NCBI GenBank assembly: GCA_003213495.1
Contig: QCMW01000001.1
Location: forward strand, 710,104 to 774,103
DNA from: SAR86 cluster bacterium AG-422-O05
GTDB lineage: Bacteria > Pseudomonadota > Gammaproteobacteria > Magnimaribacterales > D2472
DNA length: 64,000 nt
Reading direction: 5' to 3'
Shown piece after piece: positions 55,568-64,000 of the stretch. The translations under genes were made by a program, and so were the position numbers. Each line of letters begins with the position of its first letter. Position 1 is the stretch's first letter. The notes under the pieces were generated by a model that was not told the origin of the DNA, did not search any database, and was given only the letters and a program-made list of their open reading frames with translations.

Positions 55568-57326
55568 TAATACTTTCGGGAACTCTAATTTTTTTTGATC
55601 TTAAATATTCACCTAATGATTTTGCTTGACCATCCTTTCTATTATTAGATGATACACCTTCCTGCAATATGTCATGAACATAGAAATTAAGTGAATTTAT
55701 ATTTGCAAGTTCAAACCTTTCAATTTTGAATTTTTGCAAATCTGGTAACAAACCCTTAAGTTTATCTACTGTTAAAAAGTCATATAAAAATGCAAAAGCA
55801 CGAGAGTTTTTAGCCCATACTCCTAGATTTGCACATCCACCTTTATCACCAGACCTTGTTCCAAATAATTCACCAAAATATATCTCCTTTTCAGCTTTGA
55901 TTTCAACTTTTTCTAGTTTAACTGGCTCTTTTTGGTAATAAATTTCTTCAAGATTTAATTGGCTAGTTGGCTCAACTTCTATCTCTTTTCCATCAACATG
56001 AACTATTTCCTTAATATATTTACTTTTTACTAAAGCTGGCCAATATACAATCACTGGACCACTAGTATTAACTCCACTTTGTGCAAAAAATCCAGGAATA
56101 TTGGCTAAAGCAAGCTCAATAATTTTTGCACTAAAAAGTCTACCTACTAAATTGGGATCTTTAGATTTTACTGAAATTACTAATGAAGCCATCGCTTCTT
56201 CATTGGTATAAGCATCATCTTTATCTGTTCTATGTAACTGAATCGAAACCTCATCAAATTGCTCTTTACCACCCACAGAATTAAATAATGTATTTGTAAA
56301 TACATTTGCTTTTTCTTCTATATCTAGACCAGTCAATATAATTTCCATTCCATTTCTAAATCCACCAGATAAATTGACACAGACTTTATGTTCTTTTGGA
56401 GGTGAGCTACCTCTACAGCCCGATACAAAAACTTTATTTTTTTCTACATCAACAATTTTTAATGTATCAAAATGTGCTACCACATCTGGATTGATATATG
56501 CGGGAGAGCTTATTTCATACAATAGCTGAGCTGTAACAGTACCTTTTGAAACCAATCCTCCGGTATTAGCATGTTTTGTGATGAAGAAACTCCCGTCTTC
56601 TTGAATTTCAGCAATTGGGTAACCTACGTTATCAAAGCTGTCAATTTCTTTAAAAAACGAATAATTTCCGCCAGTAGCTTGACATCCACATTCTATAATA
56701 TGACCAGCAGCTAAGGCTCCTGCTAGAGCGTCGTAATCATTTCTATTCCATTTAAATTTCCATGCAGCTGGACCTATTACTAGTGCTGCATCAGTAACCC
56801 TTGGACAAACTATAATATCCGCACCATTATCAAGAGCTTCTTTTATCCCCCAAGCACCTAAGTATGCATTTGCAGTTAAAGGTTCACATCCAGACTCATC
56901 AAGCGGTATATTTTTTTCAATATTAGAGAATTCTTCTCCATTTTTTTTGAGTTCAGATATTCTTGGTATTAGATCATCTCCATCGATATAGGCAACTTTT
57001 AAATCAATAGATAATTCATCTAAAATTTTTTCAATCTCACCAGCCATTGATTTTGGATTGAGTCCACCAGCATTACTTACAATTTTTATTTTTTTTTCTT
57101 TGCAGCTTGCTGCAACTTCCTTGATTTGTTTTAGAAAAGTTCCAACATAACCTTTATCATCTCCTCTTTGAATTCTTTGACCATATAATATCGCCATCGT
57201 TAGCTCTGCTAGATAATCTCCGGTAAGAACATCAATTGGACCTCCATCAACTAACTCTTTGGCGGCAGACAACTTGTCGCCATAATAGCCACTACAATTA
57301 GCAATTTTTATAACTTCTTTATCCAT
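55554..57326 (-). CDS. AtuA-like acyclic terpene utilisation protein (DUF1446 family, long form)
   Basis: 590 aa. N-terminal I(K/R)I.N.SG(Y/F)(Y)GD....A.E(L)V.GG.(I)DVL.GDYLAE.TM. Context with biotin carboxylase and carboxyltransferase as in atu clusters. Family recognised from memory only. Confidence 0.6.
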   Translation of the reverse strand: MDKEVIKIANCSGYYGDKLSAAKELVDGGPIDVLTGDYLAELTMAILYGQRIQRGDDKGYVGTFLKQIKEVAASCKEKKIKIVSNAGGLNPKSMAGEIEKILDELSIDLKVAYIDGDDLIPRISELKKNGEEFSNIEKNIPLDESGCEPLTANAYLGAWGIKEALDNGADIIVCPRVTDAALVIGPAAWKFKWNRNDYDALAGALAAGHIIECGCQATGGNYSFFKEIDSFDNVGYPIAEIQEDGSFFITKHANTGGLVSKGTVTAQLLYEISSPAYINPDVVAHFDTLKIVDVEKNKVFVSGCRGSSPPKEHKVCVNLSGGFRNGMEIILTGLDIEEKANVFTNTLFNSVGGKEQFDEVSIQLHRTDKDDAYTNEEAMASLVISVKSKDPNLVGRLFSAKIIELALANIPGFFAQSGVNTSGPVIVYWPALVKSKYIKEIVHVDGKEIEVEPTSQLNLEEIYYQKEPVKLEKVEIKAEKEIYFGELFGTRSGDKGGCANLGVWAKNSRAFAFLYDFLTVDKLKGLLPDLQKFKIERFELANINSLNFYVHDILQEGVSSNNRKDGQAKSLGEYLRSKKIRVPESIIGDL

Positions 57327-57938
57327 TTAATCTTTTAATTTAATTCCATTAAGAATAATACTGGTTATTGAATTAGCAGATTCTTCTGGCGATGTGTTTA
57401 TTAAGTACCTATTTTTTTCTTTGAGAAATTCTCTTCCAATACCACCTAACAATATTGAAAAAGCTTTTGTATCGATATTTTCTATTTCATTCATCTTAAT
57501 AGCATCATTTAATAATTTTTGGGTATAGTTAGAAATAAAATTTTCATGGTAGTCTGCCATTTTTTGTGAGCCATTAATTTTCTCAGTGTCTTTAAGGAAA
57601 GTATTGAATTTAGGACCAACAGCTTGATTTACTATAAATAAATATTGTTCTAATTTTTCTATTGGAGATTGAATTTCTGATACTGAATCAAGAGCATGTT
57701 TACCTAGCTTGACTAGAATTTTATCCATTGTCATTAAAATAAGCTGATCTTTGCTTGGAGCTATTTCGTACAAAGTTCTTAATGATATTTTTAACTTTGA
57801 AGCAATCTCAGACATTGTTAAGTCTGGAACTCCTTTTTCAAGCAATTTCTCAAGGTCTTGAATAGTATCTTGATGCTTTTTTGTATAAATTTTTTTTATT
57901 TTGTTGGCTACGTTGTTTTGATATTCGACTTTCTGCAT
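57327..57938 (-). CDS. TetR-family transcriptional regulator
   Basis: 203 aa. N-terminal HTH region (...(M)SEIA..L(K)ISLRTLY.(I)APSK(D)QL...). The stop abuts the AtuA-like start with 0 nt between them. Confidence 0.7.
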   Translation of the reverse strand: MQKVEYQNNVANKIKKIYTKKHQDTIQDLEKLLEKGVPDLTMSEIASKLKISLRTLYEIAPSKDQLILMTMDKILVKLGKHALDSVSEIQSPIEKLEQYLFIVNQAVGPKFNTFLKDTEKINGSQKMADYHENFISNYTQKLLNDAIKMNEIENIDTKAFSILLGGIGREFLKEKNRYLINTSPEESANSITSIILNGIKLKD

Positions 57939-57949
57939 AAGCTAATTAA

Positions 57950-59872
57950 TTATTTGACAACCATGAGAAGGGCACCGTTTTCGACCTGATCATTTATAGA
58001 TATTAAAAGTTCTGAAACAACTCCGTCTTCGGCAGCTTTTATAGAATGTTCCATTTTCATAGCTTCAAGAATAACTAAAGTATCGCCAGCTTTAACTTTC
58101 TTTCCTTTTTTAACTTTTACATCGATAACTTTTCCTGGCATTGGTGCAACAAGCCCTCCAGCAGCAACTTCTAATCCAGGTAGTATAAATTTAGGTTTTA
58201 CGTTTAACATCACATCACCATAAGGCATATGGACCAAAATATTATTTTCAGAAGAAGTAATTTTTGATATGTGTCTTTTTCCATCAAACATGACGTCAAT
58301 ACTCTCATTATCGGAAGAGTATATTTGTGCAACTTTATTGTCTGAAAAACTGAATTGACCATTTCTTTTTTGAGAATATTCAACTTTTATTTCTTCACTT
58401 TCGTATTCAAATATTATTTTTTGTTTTGGCAGTCTTCCATTTGTCCATCCTGATGGCATGAATTTGGCTACCTTAGCTTCATCCCTATTTTTCCCCTGAA
58501 TCCATAACGCTGCAATAACAGCGGCATGATTTAAATCACTTTCATTTATTATTAATTTTCTATCAGGATTTACTCTTTCAATAAAATCAGTCGTTGTATT
58601 GCCTTTAAGAAATTCAGAAGATTTTAAGCAGTTAATTAAAAAATCTCGGTTTGTCTTAACGCCTCCAATATGAGCAGATTCTAGTGCCTTAGCTAATTTA
58701 CTAGCAGCATCAATTCTATTTGGTGCAAATGAAATAACCTTTGCGAGCATTGGATCAAAATCAGTACCAATAACAGCACCCTTTATAACTCCTGTATCCC
58801 ATCTAGCTTCAGCAGAGTTACTTTTTTCAAAAGCAATTAATGTACCAATTTCAGGAAGAAAATCATTGTTTGGGTCTTCTGCATAAAGTCTAGCTTCAAT
58901 AGAAGAGCCATTAAATGATATATCATCTTGATTAAATTTTAAGGATTCGCCTCGTGCAATTTTTAACTGTTCACAAACCAAATCTATCCCGGTAACTTCT
59001 TCAGTTACAGGATGCTCCACCTGTAATCTAGTATTAACTTCTAAAAACCAAAATTCTTCAGTCTTATCATCAAAAAGAAACTCAACAGTGCCTGCTGATT
59101 CATACTTAATTTTCTTTGCCAACTTTACTGCAGCTTTACCCATTTTATTTCTTATATCTTCTGAAATTCTAGGAGAGGGTGACTCTTCAATAATTTTTTG
59201 ATGCCTTCTTTGAATTGAACATTCTCTTTCACCAAGATGGACAACGTTTCCATTAGAGTCGCCTAGAATTTGAATTTCTATATGTCTTGATTTTTCGACA
59301 TATCTTTCAATAAATATTCTGTCATCATTGAAGCCATTTTTTGCTTCTCTCTGGGCGCTTGAAATAGATTCCTTTAAGTCTTTTTCTTTTTCAACAATTC
59401 TCATACCTTTACCACCACCTCCAGCAGCAGCTTTGATTAAAAGAGGATAGCCAATATTTTTTGCTTCAGATGGTTTTGAGGTCATTGGCAGAGTTGGAAC
59501 ATCAGCCTTAACAGCAAGTTCTTTTGCTTTTAATTTATCACCCATTACTGAGATTACATGTGGAGATGGACCAACCCAAATGATGCCTTCCTTTTTTACC
59601 TTCCTTGCAAAAGAAGCATTTTCTGATAAAAAACCGTATCCAGGATGAATTGCCTGCGCACCAGATTTTTTAGCAGCATTAATTATCTGTTTGGAGTCTA
59701 AATAACCACCGTCATCAAGTCTGATAGCTTCATCTGCTTCTCTAACAAACAATGCATCTTTGTCTGCATCAACATATACGGCAACAGATCTTATTCCCAT
59801 GTCTCTTGCAGTTTTTATTATTCTGCAAGCAATCTCACCTCTGTTTGCAATGAGTAAAGAGTTAAAAATCAT
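57950..59872 (-). CDS. Biotin-dependent acyl-CoA carboxylase alpha subunit (biotin carboxylase plus BCCP; MccA/AtuF-like)
   Basis: (L)(L)IANRGEIA.RII.TA; GYGFLSEN; ATP-grasp (P)(L)LIKA..GGGGKGMR; EMN(T)R(L)QVEHPVTE equivalent. C-terminal biotinylation motif (L)EAMKME. Confidence 0.9.
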   Translation of the reverse strand: MIFNSLLIANRGEIACRIIKTARDMGIRSVAVYVDADKDALFVREADEAIRLDDGGYLDSKQIINAAKKSGAQAIHPGYGFLSENASFARKVKKEGIIWVGPSPHVISVMGDKLKAKELAVKADVPTLPMTSKPSEAKNIGYPLLIKAAAGGGGKGMRIVEKEKDLKESISSAQREAKNGFNDDRIFIERYVEKSRHIEIQILGDSNGNVVHLGERECSIQRRHQKIIEESPSPRISEDIRNKMGKAAVKLAKKIKYESAGTVEFLFDDKTEEFWFLEVNTRLQVEHPVTEEVTGIDLVCEQLKIARGESLKFNQDDISFNGSSIEARLYAEDPNNDFLPEIGTLIAFEKSNSAEARWDTGVIKGAVIGTDFDPMLAKVISFAPNRIDAASKLAKALESAHIGGVKTNRDFLINCLKSSEFLKGNTTTDFIERVNPDRKLIINESDLNHAAVIAALWIQGKNRDEAKVAKFMPSGWTNGRLPKQKIIFEYESEEIKVEYSQKRNGQFSFSDNKVAQIYSSDNESIDVMFDGKRHISKITSSENNILVHMPYGDVMLNVKPKFILPGLEVAAGGLVAPMPGKVIDVKVKKGKKVKAGDTLVILEAMKMEHSIKAAEDGVVSELLISINDQVENGALLMVVK

Positions 59873-61530
59873 AATCTAAATACTCCATATTCTTTTGCAC
59901 CCTCAATAACATTATTACTTACTATTGATAAGCAAAAACCAATTACGTCTCTTGTATCTCTAGGGTCAATAATTCCATCGTCTGTTAACATACTGCTTGC
60001 CACTAAACCATGAGATAACTTTTCTAGATAGTCGATAACCATTGCTTTTAATTGCTCATCTGCTTTTTCATCAAAAGTTTTGCCATCTCTCTTTGCTTTA
60101 GCCTTCCGAACAATTGACATAACACCAGCCATTTGCTCAGGACCCATCACAGCAATTTTTGCAGTTGGCCATAAGAAAGTGAATCTATTATTGAATGCCT
60201 TTCCAGACATTGCGTAGGTTCCTGCACCATAAGACGCACCTACAATAAATGTTATATGGGGAACCATTGAATTAGAGACAGCATTAATTAGCTGAGATCC
60301 TTTTTTGATTATTCCTTGTCTTTCAAAATCTTTTCCAACAAGAAAACCTGTAACATTATGCAGAAAAATTAATGGTATATTTCTTTTATTACATAGCTGT
60401 ATAAAACTTGCTCCTTTTTCTGCTGATTCAGGATAAATAGGACCATTGTTACCAATTATTCCTATTTGATAGCCATGAACGCATGCCCAACCACATACTA
60501 AAGATGAACCATATAATGGTTTAAATTCTTCAAACTGTGAGCCATCCACAAATCTAGCAATAATTTCTCTTATATCAACGGCCGATTTAAGATCTTCACT
60601 TAATATTCCTAATAGTTCTTCTCTGTCATATTTAGGCTCAGTAGGCGTTACTTTTGGTTCAGGACCTTCTTTTGACCAATTAAGATGAGAAACAACTTCT
60701 CTACAAATTCTAAGAGCATCCATTTCGTCTTCAGCTAAATAATCTGATAAGCCTGAGATTTCAGAATGCATTTGAGCTCCTCCAAGTGTCTCATCATCTG
60801 ATTCTTCACCAGTTGCCATTTTTACAAGAGGGGGTCCGGCTAGAAATGCTTTTGATTGATCTTTAATAAAAATGTTGTAGTCCGACATCCCAGGTTGATA
60901 TGCACCACCAGCAGTAGATGAACCAAAAACAACAGATATTACAGGTATTCTTAATTTTGATAACTCTGTCATTTCATAAAAAAATCTACCTGTTGATGCA
61001 AAGTGTCCTTGTTGAAGAGTTGGAGCTATAGGTGGTTCCCCACCAGCACCTGGATTAGAGACGCTTAGATCTCCTCCGGCAGACTCAACAAAACTAATGA
61101 AAGGAATCTTATTTTCCCTTGAAATTTCTTTTGCTCTTTTCCATTTTTCACCCACATACACTGTCATAGCCCCTGCTTTAACAGTTGGATCATTTGCAAA
61201 GATCACACATTCAACCCCAGAGATAATTCCTACGCCAGATACACATCCACCACCAACGTTATAATTATTAGTTCCATATGCTGCAAATGGTTGTATTTCT
61301 AAAAATGGACTGTCATCGTCTAAAACATTCATGACTCTTTGCCTTACAGGCATTTTTCCTCTTTTAGCTAATCGCTCATGATGGTGCATACCCCCACCAA
61401 TTTCAGCGAGATCAAGAAGTCCTTCAAGAAATTTTAGCTTCTCAAGCATCATTTCTTTATTCTTTTTATATTGTTGCGATTTAGTATCTAAATTTGATTT
61501 TAGTTTTGGAGCAATATTATTTTGTTTCAT
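59869..61530 (-). CDS. Acyl-CoA carboxylase carboxyltransferase (beta) subunit (MccB/AtuC-like)
   Basis: 553 aa. (H).RGK...R(Q)R(V)..L.D..S.FLE; ANDPTVK(A)G; (F)(L).N(V/I)TGF.VG...E..GI.K.G(S/A).(L/M). Typical of MCCase/GCCase beta subunits. Confidence 0.88.
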   Translation of the reverse strand: MKQNNIAPKLKSNLDTKSQQYKKNKEMMLEKLKFLEGLLDLAEIGGGMHHHERLAKRGKMPVRQRVMNVLDDDSPFLEIQPFAAYGTNNYNVGGGCVSGVGIISGVECVIFANDPTVKAGAMTVYVGEKWKRAKEISRENKIPFISFVESAGGDLSVSNPGAGGEPPIAPTLQQGHFASTGRFFYEMTELSKLRIPVISVVFGSSTAGGAYQPGMSDYNIFIKDQSKAFLAGPPLVKMATGEESDDETLGGAQMHSEISGLSDYLAEDEMDALRICREVVSHLNWSKEGPEPKVTPTEPKYDREELLGILSEDLKSAVDIREIIARFVDGSQFEEFKPLYGSSLVCGWACVHGYQIGIIGNNGPIYPESAEKGASFIQLCNKRNIPLIFLHNVTGFLVGKDFERQGIIKKGSQLINAVSNSMVPHITFIVGASYGAGTYAMSGKAFNNRFTFLWPTAKIAVMGPEQMAGVMSIVRKAKAKRDGKTFDEKADEQLKAMVIDYLEKLSHGLVASSMLTDDGIIDPRDTRDVIGFCLSIVSNNVIEGAKEYGVFRL

Positions 61531-61621
61531 AGTTAAAATTTTAAATGACTAAATATGGTAATATAATATCATTAATATTACCACTAAGAAGATGTAAAAT
61601 AAAATTTCATATATTACTAAA

Positions 61622-62242
61622 ATGATTAAAATTTACGGCACAGAAAATTCTAGAGCTATGCGACCAATATGGACAGCTGAAGAGATGGGTCTAAATTATG
61701 AGTTAATAATGATGCCATTTCCTCCAAGGGTATTTATGAAAGAATATTTAGATGTAAATATTCTTGGCACAGTTCCTTACATGATTGACGGTGATGTAGA
61801 AATGACAGAATCAGTTGCAATTTCTCAATATTTTGTTGAAAAGTATGGGCCAACTGATCTTCAGGTTAAGTCAGATGAAGATGATTATCCCAACTATCTA
61901 AATTGGTTATTCCATTCTGATGCAACTCTAACTTTTCCGCAAACTGTTGTTTTAAGATATAAATTTCAAGAACCTGGAGTTGCTGATGCAGCTGTTGAAG
62001 GTTATAGCAGATGGTTTGTATCAAGACTGAAATTACTTGAGAGCTCTTTGGAAAACAAAGAGTATTTATGTTCAAATCGCTTTACCTTGGCTGACATATG
62101 TGTAAGTTATGCAATAAATTTAGCTCAAGCTCTTGGTATTGAACAAGCATTAAAGCCAAATATTACAAGATGGTCAGAAAATCTTTTTTCTCGACCAGCG
62201 TTTATAAAAAGTAAAGAATATAAGTATGAAGAAGACAAATAA
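61622..62242 (+). CDS. Glutathione S-transferase family protein
   Basis: Thioredoxin-like N-domain (K(I)YG...S...R..W...E.GL.YE..) with the G(T)VP...D......ES.AI..Y motif and a helical C-domain. Confidence 0.75.
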   Translation: MIKIYGTENSRAMRPIWTAEEMGLNYELIMMPFPPRVFMKEYLDVNILGTVPYMIDGDVEMTESVAISQYFVEKYGPTDLQVKSDEDDYPNYLNWLFHSDATLTFPQTVVLRYKFQEPGVADAAVEGYSRWFVSRLKLLESSLENKEYLCSNRFTLADICVSYAINLAQALGIEQALKPNITRWSENLFSRPAFIKSKEYKYEEDK

Positions 62243-63482
62243 ATTTTTAATATATTTCTTAATAACATTTATAATAAATGTTTCATCCAATCAAACAAAT
62301 CATATACAAACAATATATTTGGGTTCTGGATGTTTTTGGGGAGCAGAGAAGGGTTATGAAGCTCTAGATGGGGTAATTGATGCAGAATCTGGATATGCAA
62401 ATGGCTATGGAATAAAACCCAACTATCGATCAATTATTCAGTTTAAGAACAAATATAAAGAAAATAATTTCGCTGAAGTCGTCAAAGTTACTTTTAATAG
62501 CAATGCAATTACGCTAAATGAAATTTTAAAACATTTCTTTGAAACACATGATCCAACTCAACTGAATAGACAAGGTAATGACATTGGAACTCAATATAGA
62601 TCCACAATTCTATTTTTAAATGAAAATCAAAAAAATGTTGCGCTTGAGATATTAAAGGAATATCAAAAGCTTCTTTATACTGGTGGTTATGGCAAAGTTA
62701 AAACTAAAATAGAGCCATTAGACAATTTTTATCTTGCAGAGGATTATCATCAAGATTATTTAAAGAAAAATCCTGATGGGTATTGTCCGGATTTATCTAC
62801 TGGTATTGTTTTTTCTGATCAAGAAAAAAATCTTCTAAATAACGATGATCTTTTAATTGGTAAACATATATTAATTTTAGATTCACAAGCCTATTGTCCC
62901 TATTGTGAAAAGTTGAAAGAAGATGTCACAAATCAGTATAAAGGAACCATTCCATTATCGTACAGAACATCAAATCAATTACATGGCTTAAGAATTAAAT
63001 CTCCAACATGGGCAACGCCTTCAATTCTTTTTATAGAAAACGGAAAAGAGGTTTATGGACATCAGGGTTATCTTGCTCCAAAGGAGTTTTATCAACTTCT
63101 TGGAAAATTTAAATTAGGCAATACAGAGGCTTATGATGTTGCTTTTAATAAAGGAACAGATGCTAGATTTTGTAAAGAATATCAAATATTTAAAAATACT
63201 CCAGATGGAATATTCGTAGACAAATTAAGTGGAGAGCCTCTATTTGATACAAAGGATAGATTTGTTTCTAGATCAGGATGGCTTTCATTTACAAAACCTG
63301 TTGATGGCTCTGTGTATGAATTGCCAGATAACAGTTATGGCATGCGAAGGACAGAAATCAGATCAGTATCTTCTGATATTCACTTGGGGCATGTTTTTGA
63401 TGACGGACCAAATGGAATGCCTAGATATTGCATAAATGCTACTGTTTTAGAATTTATCGATAGACAGAGTGTCAGTAGCTAA
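62226..63482 (+). CDS. msrAB: Secreted trifunctional methionine sulfoxide reductase: MsrA, CPYC thioredoxin-fold and MsrB domains
   Basis: Signal-like N-terminus. MsrA GSGCFWG.E plus (Y)HQ(D)YL. A central thioredoxin-fold with CPYC and cis-Pro (ATPS). A C-terminal MsrB (GW.SF.KP; HLGHVFDDGP; RYCINA). Confidence 0.8.
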   Translation: MKKTNKFLIYFLITFIINVSSNQTNHIQTIYLGSGCFWGAEKGYEALDGVIDAESGYANGYGIKPNYRSIIQFKNKYKENNFAEVVKVTFNSNAITLNEILKHFFETHDPTQLNRQGNDIGTQYRSTILFLNENQKNVALEILKEYQKLLYTGGYGKVKTKIEPLDNFYLAEDYHQDYLKKNPDGYCPDLSTGIVFSDQEKNLLNNDDLLIGKHILILDSQAYCPYCEKLKEDVTNQYKGTIPLSYRTSNQLHGLRIKSPTWATPSILFIENGKEVYGHQGYLAPKEFYQLLGKFKLGNTEAYDVAFNKGTDARFCKEYQIFKNTPDGIFVDKLSGEPLFDTKDRFVSRSGWLSFTKPVDGSVYELPDNSYGMRRTEIRSVSSDIHLGHVFDDGPNGMPRYCINATVLEFIDRQSVSS

Positions 63483-64000
63483 TTCCGTAACCAAATTCGT
63501 ATGTTGGATTAAGAGAATCATCTGGTAAATCTTCTTTTTGATTATAAATCGCTTCCATAGATGAAGGTATTTCAAATGGAAGCTTTCCAGAAGGATTAAA
63601 TTTTCCATATATACCCTCAAAGATTATTTGATCTAAAACTCCAAATGTAGCAATGACACCTGAAGAAGATTCTTTTATAGTTTCTAAAATTGCAGGTCTA
63701 TTTAGATCTACAACAACAATTAATTCTTTATGCTTAGAATATTTCTTTATTTTATTTTTGATTTCTTCATTAAATTCTAGATCTCCATTTGGAAAAAGTG
63801 TACTTAGAAAATTATCAAAAATCCTATTTAGTCCTGATTCTTGATTTCCATTAAAAACAGTATGAATATACATTATTATTACATCTGCTTCTGACGGATC
63901 ATTAACAACATTACCAAAATTTTTTCCAATGTTTTTGTCTAAACCATCAATATAAATCTTAGTTTCTTTTTTGAGGGGCAATATGCCATTATTTTCCAGC
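63472..64000 (-). CDS. Glycoside hydrolase family 3 C-terminal domain (beta-glucosidase-like); the 5' part lies beyond the window end
   Basis: The reading frame is open to base 64000. GKLP(F), PFE(I)P(S)S and the terminal YEFGYG(I)SY match the end of the GH3 alpha/beta sandwich domain. The protein stops right after this motif, with no FnIII-like extension. Confidence 0.7.
   Translation of the reverse strand, partial: LENNGILPLKKETKIYIDGLDKNIGKNFGNVVNDPSEADVIIMYIHTVFNGNQESGLNRIFDNFLSTLFPNGDLEFNEEIKNKIKKYSKHKELIVVVDLNRPAILETIKESSSGVIATFGVLDQIIFEGIYGKFNPSGKLPFEIPSSMEAIYNQKEDLPDDSLNPTYEFGYGISY

Overview
This window is AT-rich and very tightly packed, with about 60 protein genes, one tRNA, and no rRNA, CRISPR array, transposase or integrase. 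The gene content is infC-rpmI-rplT-pheST, many TonB/lipid/acyl-CoA genes and a DmdA-like gene. Together with many overlapping genes, this suggests a streamlined marine gammaproteobacterium, possibly SAR86-like; that assignment is inference only.

Core blocks:
- Translation operon infC-rpmI-rplT-pheS-pheT.
- One-carbon and TCA genes: fhs, an aldehyde dehydrogenase and fumC.
- A purine-salvage supercluster: AzgA-type permease, TonB-dependent receptor, Gpt-like PRTase, guaB, guaA, guaC and apt.
- A long minus-strand Atu/Liu-like acyl-CoA carboxylase cluster that runs without gaps into prc, xthA and a GNAT gene.

Most interesting observations:
1. The last 19 bp of guaA are repeated perfectly 0.8 kb downstream, with partial or degenerate copies elsewhere. 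These repeats bracket two integrase-less cargo modules between guaA and guaC.
2. The first module encodes a secreted Cys-rich repeat protein. The second is a three-gene module: a formyltransferase-like fusion, an MBOAT, and a membrane-anchored SGNH protein. It looks like an uncharacterised surface-glycan or lipid acylation system.
3. A translationally coupled operon encodes an HNMT-like methyltransferase, a mini APS-kinase-like P-loop kinase and a mini HIGH-motif nucleotidyltransferase.
4. The PheRS is doubly minimised: PheS lacks the N-terminal coiled coil and PheT lacks the B2 OB-fold domain.
5. A Gfc/Yjb-like export module plus a cadherin/Ig surface protein is inserted between pheT and an ihfA-like gene.
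6. A predicted alpha2beta2-type acyl-CoA dehydrogenase pair sits inside the Atu-like cluster.

All functional calls rest on motif recognition by eye; no database search was possible.
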